The notes below the pieces were generated by a model. It saw only the letters and a list, made by a program, of their open reading frames with translations, had not been told where the DNA came from and searched no databases. Source: Candidatus Dormiibacterota bacterium (GTDB taxonomy: Bacteria; Chloroflexota; Dormibacteria; Aeolococcales; Aeolococcaceae). From it: a stretch of 64,000 nt of DNA. Shown piece after piece: positions 58,709-64,000 of this stretch (its first letter is position 1; every line of letters begins with the position of its first letter). A program made the translations under genes and the position numbers. Location of the stretch: the NCBI GenBank assembly GCA_963823765.1, contig CAWGML010000003.1, positions 99,329-163,328 of the forward strand, in the 5' to 3' direction.

Positions 58709-60345
58709 GCATCCAGGCAGAGGCGCCGCTCTCGGAGGACTCGTCGGCCGCACGTCAGGACGTCGACGTTCTGCGCATCCTGGTCGCGGACCCCATCGCC
58801 GCGGACGGTGTGGACCGCCTCCGCGCGGCCGCGGAGGTGGACGTGGCCACGGGCCTCGCCCCCGCCGAGCTGATCGCGCGCATCGCCGGCTACGACGCGT
58901 TGGTGGTGCGCAGCGAGACCAAGGTCACCGCCCACGTGTTCGCCGCCGCGACCCGCCTTCGCGTGGTGGGACGCGCGGGCGTGGGCGTCGACAACATCGA
59001 CATCGAGGCGGCCACGCGTCACGGCGTGCTCGTCCTCAACGCGCCCACCGGCAACACCATCGCGGCCGCGGAGCATGCCGTGGCGATGTTGCTGGCCCTC
59101 GCGCGCAACATCCCCGCCGCCGACGCCTCGCTGCGCGCCGGTCGCTGGGAGCGCTCCAAGCTCATGGGCGTCGAGCTCCGGGACCGCACCCTCGGTGTGC
59201 TCGGGCTCGGCAAGATCGGCTTCGAGGTGGCGCGCATCGCCGGCGAGGGACTGCGCATGCGCGTCCTCGCCCACGATCCCCTGGCGACGCACGAGCGCGC
59301 AGAGCAGTCGGGAGCGGAGCTCGTGGACATGGAGACCCTGCTGACCGAGAGCGATGTTCTCACCGTCCACGTCCCTCTCACCGAGCACACTCGCGGTGTC
59401 ATCGGGGCCGCGGAGCTGCGTCGCATGCGCCCCGGCGCGCGGGTCATCAACGTCGCCCGCGGTGGGATCATCGACGAGTCGGCGCTCGCGGAGGCGGTGC
59501 GCGACGGCGTCATCGCGGGTGCAGCCATCGACGTGTTCACCACGGAACCGGTTCCCGAGGGGCACCCGCTCATCGGGGTTGACGGCATCATCGTCACCCC
59601 GCACCTGGGGGCGAGCACGGCCGAGGCCCAGGTCAACGTCGCGGCGGACGTCGCCGACCAGATCGTCGAGTACCTGCGCGGCGGCTCGCCCCGTTACGCG
59701 GTCAACGCCCCCGCGGTCAACCCCGAGGAGCTGGCTCGGTTGCGGCCCTATCTCGAGGTGGCCCGCAAGATGGGCTCTCTGGCGGCGCAGCTCAGCAGCG
59801 GCGGCGTGCAGAGGGTGATCTGCAGCTACGCCGGGGAGCTCGCCGAGGTCGACACCACCCTGGTCACCGCCGAGGTGCTGCGCGGCCTGCTCGGCCACTT
59901 CTCCGACGCCCGGGTCAACGCCATCAACGCCAAGACGGTGGCCCGCTCCATGGGTGTCGACGTCGACGAGCACACCACCACGCGCAGCGTCGACCACGCC
60001 AACTCGGTGTTCGTCGAGGTGGTCGGTGAGCGGCGCCTGCTCGTGGCCGGCACGCATTTCGACGGCGCCCCCCGGATCACGCGCATCGACGACTTCCGCG
60101 TCGACATGCAGCCCTCGGGCACCTTTCTGGTGGTGCAGCACGAGGACCGGCCCGGTGTGATCGCGGCGGTGTCCTCACTTCTGGCCAGCAACGACATCAA
60201 CATCGCGCGCATCGAGCTGGGTCGTGATCATCCGCGCGGGCGAGCCGTCATGCTCATGGAGATCGACGACGCGATCGACGCCGCCCTGCTCGAGCGACTC
60301 GCGTCCGTCGCGAAGCTCGAGCAGCTGCGCCAAGTTCGGCTGTAA
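58705..60345 (+). CDS. serA: D-3-phosphoglycerate dehydrogenase (with ACT domain); no canonical start codon
   Basis: RILVADPI, RAGVGVDNID, GLGKIG, NVARGG, PHLGAST and HEDRPGVI. The start is probably CTG 58705 or CTG 58771. Confidence 0.9.
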   Translation: MSIQAEAPLSEDSSAARQDVDVLRILVADPIAADGVDRLRAAAEVDVATGLAPAELIARIAGYDALVVRSETKVTAHVFAAATRLRVVGRAGVGVDNIDIEAATRHGVLVLNAPTGNTIAAAEHAVAMLLALARNIPAADASLRAGRWERSKLMGVELRDRTLGVLGLGKIGFEVARIAGEGLRMRVLAHDPLATHERAEQSGAELVDMETLLTESDVLTVHVPLTEHTRGVIGAAELRRMRPGARVINVARGGIIDESALAEAVRDGVIAGAAIDVFTTEPVPEGHPLIGVDGIIVTPHLGASTAEAQVNVAADVADQIVEYLRGGSPRYAVNAPAVNPEELARLRPYLEVARKMGSLAAQLSSGGVQRVICSYAGELAEVDTTLVTAEVLRGLLGHFSDARVNAINAKTVARSMGVDVDEHTTTRSVDHANSVFVEVVGERRLLVAGTHFDGAPRITRIDDFRVDMQPSGTFLVVQHEDRPGVIAAVSSLLASNDINIARIELGRDHPRGRAVMLMEIDDAIDAALLERLASVAKLEQLRQVRL

Positions 60346-61094
60346 TGGCCGGCGAGGCGCTGCGCGCCGAGACGGTGCAGGTCACCGGGGCGGGCGGCGA
60401 CTCCATCGAGGCCTACCTTGCTCGGCCCCTGGCAGCGGGCCCGCTGGGTGGGGTGGTGGTCATCCACCACATGCCCGGGTACGACCCCGCCACCAGGGAG
60501 ATCACCCGGCGCTTCGCGGCGATGGGCTACAACGCGATCTGCCCGAACCTGTACAGCCGCGAGGCCCCGGGCGCCAGCCCTGACGACGCGGCCGCGGCTG
60601 TCCGGGCGGCCGGCGGCGTGCCCGACGACCGTCTGGTCGGCGACGTCGGAGGAGCCGCATCACACCTGCGCTCGCTCGACAGCGCCAATGGACGGGTGGG
60701 GGTGATCGGCTACTGCTCGGGAGGCCGGCAGTCGTTCCTGGCGGCGTGCAGCCTGTCCCTGGAGGCCGCCGTCGACTGCTACGGCGCTTTCGTGGTGGCC
60801 CCGCCGCCCAGCGACCTGCCCCTGCGCGCCCGTCCCCTCGTCCACCTGGCGCCCCAGCTCTCGTGCCCGCTCCTCGGGTTGTTCGGCGCCGAGGACACGC
60901 ACCCCTCGCCGGACGAGGTGGCCGAGCTCGATCGCCTCCTCACGGAAGCGGCCAAGCAGCACGAGTTCCACGTCTTCGAGAACGCCGGCCACGGGTTCTT
61001 CGCCGTCGACCGGCCTATGTACAGGCAGGAGGCAGCGGTGAAGGGATGGAAGCTGATCGCCGAATTCTTCGGCAGGCACCTGGCGACGAGGTGA
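60345..61094 (+). CDS. Dienelactone hydrolase family protein
   Basis: Cys nucleophile GYCSGG, GAED and GHGFF. TAATG coupling to serA. Confidence 0.9.
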   Translation: MAGEALRAETVQVTGAGGDSIEAYLARPLAAGPLGGVVVIHHMPGYDPATREITRRFAAMGYNAICPNLYSREAPGASPDDAAAAVRAAGGVPDDRLVGDVGGAASHLRSLDSANGRVGVIGYCSGGRQSFLAACSLSLEAAVDCYGAFVVAPPPSDLPLRARPLVHLAPQLSCPLLGLFGAEDTHPSPDEVAELDRLLTEAAKQHEFHVFENAGHGFFAVDRPMYRQEAAVKGWKLIAEFFGRHLATR

Positions 61095-61098
61095 TGCC

Positions 61099-61347
61099 AT
61101 GTGCACGTACGTGACCAAGCGCGTGACCCTGGATGGCAGCAGTGGCAAGGGCCCTGACGGCTGGTTCGACCTGACCGACGCCAGCGTGTACCTCGATCAC
61201 CCGGTCCATGCCGGCGCGGAGCACACCCTGAACATCGACTTCCTCAACCCGCAGGCGGGTCCCGCGGCACGGGTCGCCGTCGAGCTCACCCCCGACTGCG
61301 CACGCCGGCTGGCCGCCGCCATCCAGGCCGTGCTCGGACCCGGCTGA
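61099..61347 (+). CDS. Small conserved protein (DUF6295-like)
   Basis: MCTY, SGKG..GW, YLDHPVHA..EHTLNIDF and RVAVEL. Family name from recall. Confidence 0.7.
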   Translation: MCTYVTKRVTLDGSSGKGPDGWFDLTDASVYLDHPVHAGAEHTLNIDFLNPQAGPAARVAVELTPDCARRLAAAIQAVLGPG

Positions 61348-62317
61348 CCACCGGGGCGCGTGGACGCGGCGCCGTGGCGGAGCGCAGCTTCCTGAGCGGG
61401 GTGGCGGCGCGCAGCAGGCGAGTGTCTGCATAGGCGACGCCGCTGCCGCTGGCTCGCAGCCACACCGTCCACCAGGAGAGCAGTCCGCGCTCGAGGAGCC
61501 AGGCCGGCGCGCAGAGAGACGTGTACCACGGGAAGACGGCGCGCCCCCCGGCACGACGCCTGCCTCCCTCGGCGGCGGCGATCACCACAAGCGCGGCGGC
61601 GGCGGCCGTCCGTCTGCCACCGCGCGCCACCGCCGGGAGGACGCACAGCATCGCCGCCAGGCGGAGCGGCTGCGCCAGGTCGTCGTAGGCCTGTCGCGGC
61701 CGCTGCGCGAGGAAGTGGCGCACGGTGGGTGGGCGCCGGGCCACGAGCAGGCCCGGTGCGACGTGCACCCGCCCGCCGCCGGCCACCACGGTGCGCACCA
61801 GCTCGCAGTTCTCGAAGAGGACGTTGCCGTCGTAGCGCGGGGTCGCGCGCAGCGCGCTCCGCCGTACCACAAGGGTGCCCGGCCAGTCGTGCGCGATCAG
61901 GCGGTTGAGCAGGATCCGGCCCGTGTCCCAGGCAGCGTGCCAGGACATCGGCTCGAAGTAGTTGGCCGGCAGCACGAGGTCGTAGCCCTCCAGCGCGATG
62001 GCGGCGCGGGTCAGGGTGTCGCCGTCCCAGCGCACGTCGTCGTCGGCGATGACCACGGTGTCGTGGCGCGCGTGACGCAGGCCGGTGAGGACAGCCCATG
62101 CCTTGCCGTTGGCGCAACGGTCCCGTTCCTCGGGCGGGAGGTGCACGGCGACGCCCGCGAACAGCGCAGCGTGCCGCTCGAAGATCGGGCCCGGCGAGCC
62201 GTCGACGATGACCATGTCGACCTGCGCGGCGAGGCGACGCAGGTACCGCGCCAGCTCTCCCTCGGACTCCGCCGCTGCGTGGTCGCGGCGCAGGGCGAGG
62301 AGGTAGGTGAGCGTCAC
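61286..62317 (-). CDS. GT-A fold glycosyltransferase family 2
   Basis: VIVDGS, ANGKA, IADDDVR (DxD), DWPGT, YDGNVLFEN, RQAYDD and C-terminal TM segments. Confidence 0.82.
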   Translation of the reverse strand: MTLTYLLALRRDHAAAESEGELARYLRRLAAQVDMVIVDGSPGPIFERHAALFAGVAVHLPPEERDRCANGKAWAVLTGLRHARHDTVVIADDDVRWDGDTLTRAAIALEGYDLVLPANYFEPMSWHAAWDTGRILLNRLIAHDWPGTLVVRRSALRATPRYDGNVLFENCELVRTVVAGGGRVHVAPGLLVARRPPTVRHFLAQRPRQAYDDLAQPLRLAAMLCVLPAVARGGRRTAAAAALVVIAAAEGGRRRAGGRAVFPWYTSLCAPAWLLERGLLSWWTVWLRASGSGVAYADTRLLRAATPLRKLRSATAPRPRAPVVSRVRARPGWRRPAGVRSRG

Positions 62318-62922
62318 CGGTTGGCGATCACCTCGATGTCGATCGGTTTGAAGCTGCCGTTGTTGGACTGTTCGGCCGAACAGGCGGTGATGCCCACCAC
62401 GAGCGCGCTCTCCGCACGGAGGACCATCCGCGCGCCGGCACCCGACAGCGGCGGGCGCACGCTGAGCTCACCGCTGTCACCGATGGCGACGTTCATGAAC
62501 ACGTTGAGCGTCGCGGTGATGTCCCGCTCGTCGACCTCCATCGGCGCGAGGCTCGAAGCCAGGTTCTCGAGGCAGCTGGGATGGTGGCCTCGGTAGCCGT
62601 GCAGGATGGTGAACATCTCGGCGCTGCAGGGCGCCAGCAGGATGTCGTGCACGCCGCACGTGTCCTCGACGATGCTCATCAACCGTCGGCTGTGTCGCGA
62701 CCACAGGACGCTCCCGGTGGTGAGGCGGAGCCTGCCGTTGTAGTCCATGGTGCGCCCCGAGCTGAGGCCGTCGGTGAGGTCGTCCTGCGGGAAGCAGGTG
62801 AGATCGGCGACCTGTTCGCCCTGCGGGTCGATGACCACCAGGAGCTCACCCGACTGTAGGCGCACCGCGGTCCCGCTCTGCGGAGGGATGCGTCGCTGCA
62901 GCGAGGTCGAGAAGAGGCTCAC
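62314..62922 (-). CDS. DUF1989 / urea-carboxylase-associated family protein
   Basis: DPQGEQVADL, LSSGRT, DTCGVHDILLAPC, HPSCLENL, NVFMNV and TACSA. GTGA overlaps on both sides. Confidence 0.88.
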   Translation of the reverse strand: MSLFSTSLQRRIPPQSGTAVRLQSGELLVVIDPQGEQVADLTCFPQDDLTDGLSSGRTMDYNGRLRLTTGSVLWSRHSRRLMSIVEDTCGVHDILLAPCSAEMFTILHGYRGHHPSCLENLASSLAPMEVDERDITATLNVFMNVAIGDSGELSVRPPLSGAGARMVLRAESALVVGITACSAEQSNNGSFKPIDIEVIANR

Positions 62923-63614
62923 GAACCGACCCGCACGTGGAGGGGACAGCGCCACCCCTCACCCACGGCATCACCGGCGTACTGGCTCGCCTCAGATATC
63001 GCGCCGTGGTCGCGCAGGGTGGGGTTGACCGAGCCCTGCAGACCGGCATCGCGGCCACGGATCACCGTCCGCATCCGCTCGTATGCCCCCCGCTCGCGCA
63101 ACGCGGTGAACTGTTCATGGGGGTTGAACACCAGGGTGGGCCACGCGAACCGGCGCGCCCAGCGGGAGCTGCCGGCGTGCAGGCCGATGACGAAGTACGC
63201 CGTGCCCGCGACGCTGAACGAGAAGTCGGGGTCGCCCGGGTCCGCGCTGACGCGGGGATCCCATGCGTGCGCGACGTGGTCGAGGTCGTGAAGGTGCTGG
63301 AGCTGGCGCCAGAGAAGCGCGCTGAACCGCGCCTCGCTCATCGCCCCGGGCTGGTTGAAGACCGCCACCAGCGACGTCAGCTCGCCGGGGACGATGCGTT
63401 CGCCGAAGAGGGTGAGGTCCGCGTTGAGCGCTCGCGCTGCCCCGACCGTGCCGAGGCGATCGTAGAGGTGCAGCTCGTAGGCATTGCGGCGCACCACCGA
63501 TCGCGCGCCCAGGCAGGGGTGCCCGTCACCACCGGCGAAGCCCTCGAAGGCTCCGGTCACGAGCTGCAGGAGGGGCGCGTCCGAGGCTCCCGCCGCCGCA
63601 GACGTTATAGCCAC
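62919..63614 (-). CDS. YqcI/YcgG-family heme-dependent oxygenase (GntA-like guanidine N-hydroxylase family)
   Basis: HPCLGA (FPC-type Cys), FSFSVAG..YFVIGLH, SR..RRF, LVFNPHEQF, RD..LQG..NP and EASQY. TAACAT -10 6 nt upstream. Confidence 0.82.
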   Translation of the reverse strand: MAITSAAAGASDAPLLQLVTGAFEGFAGGDGHPCLGARSVVRRNAYELHLYDRLGTVGAARALNADLTLFGERIVPGELTSLVAVFNQPGAMSEARFSALLWRQLQHLHDLDHVAHAWDPRVSADPGDPDFSFSVAGTAYFVIGLHAGSSRWARRFAWPTLVFNPHEQFTALRERGAYERMRTVIRGRDAGLQGSVNPTLRDHGAISEASQYAGDAVGEGWRCPLHVRVGS

Positions 63615-63733
63615 ACTACAATGTTACTGTATAGCTATCTCTTCAGGTATCCGGCGGTGACGGCGCTCGCTCACGCTGGCAAACGCATCGCAGACCCCGC
63701 GCAAGGAATCTGCGTTCCGGGACGTTTCTATCA

Positions 63734-63841
63734 GTGGGTCGGCGGTCGCGTGGCTGTCGAGAGCAACTGCCTTTCAGGAAGGGAGACCGAGGCGGGGGGA
63801 TGCACTCCCTGCTACCTCACTGCTGGCGCCGCCCGACCCAC
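63734..63841 (+). ncRNA. Candidate ~108-nt long-hairpin RNA or leader (strand uncertain)
   Basis: GTGGGTCGG/CCGACCCAC closing stem extends with bulges through GAG/CTC, AGCA/TGCT and GGGAG/CTCCC. Confidence 0.35.
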
Positions 63842-63887
63842 CACCACCCTCGCTGCGGTCGGGGCCTCTTCGCTCAGACTGGCGCGC

Positions 63888-64000
63888 ATGGCAGACGTGC
63901 GACCACTCCGAGGGATCCGCTTCAACCCCGCGGTCGTGCACCTCGGCGGCGTCCTCGCGCCCCCGTACGACGTCATCGACGACGCGCAGCGCGAGGCGCT
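63888..64000 (+). CDS. DUF1015-family protein, 5' fragment
   Basis: MADVRPLRGIRFN...VLAPPYDVI, the typical DUF1015 N-terminus. Confidence 0.8.
   Translation, partial: MADVRPLRGIRFNPAVVHLGGVLAPPYDVIDDAQREA

Noticed and set aside
63678-63724. GGCAAAC...GGGACG resembling a c-di-GMP-I (GEMM) riboswitch
   Set aside because: The GNRA-capped P2 stem and the following CAAAG/P3 elements are missing.

Overview
A GC-rich (about 70% by eye) bacterial chromosomal segment, mostly housekeeping and metabolic genes. The gene style suggests a Terrabacteria soil lineage, possibly Chloroflexota-related such as Ca. Dormibacterota; this is inference only. In order, it holds: a peptide ABC solute-binding lipoprotein divergent from a NarL-type two-component pair; hom-thrC-thrB-lysC-ychF; a hairpin-dense 500 bp intergenic region; a tail-anchored protein plus a Get3/ArsA-like ATPase cluster; nfo; csaA; an LprG/P55-like lipoprotein-MFS pair; a CCA-adding enzyme, rplI and dnaB; a LexA-boxed, frameshifted DUF222-HNH gene; fumC; a DEAD-box helicase; moeB/murE; rsmG; GH73 and GH15 hydrolases; a penicillin-acylase-family gene; gcvT-gcvH; tRNA-Val(CAC); rpsF-ssb-rpsR with an S6:S18-type leader; an aminotransferase-serA operon; and a translationally coupled YqcI/YcgG (GntA-like)-DUF1989-GT2 operon. 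I found no CRISPR array, rRNA, integrase or transposase. Four genes carry indels, and most of these fall at GACTC/GAGTC sites, which suggests methylation-linked sequencing errors. The most interesting leads are the GntA-like/DUF1989/GT2 operon, a covarying ~82-bp structured repeat after stop codons, the tail-anchored protein/Get3-like cluster, the LprG-P55-like pair and two candidate structured RNAs. All family assignments come from motif recognition and recall, not from database searches.
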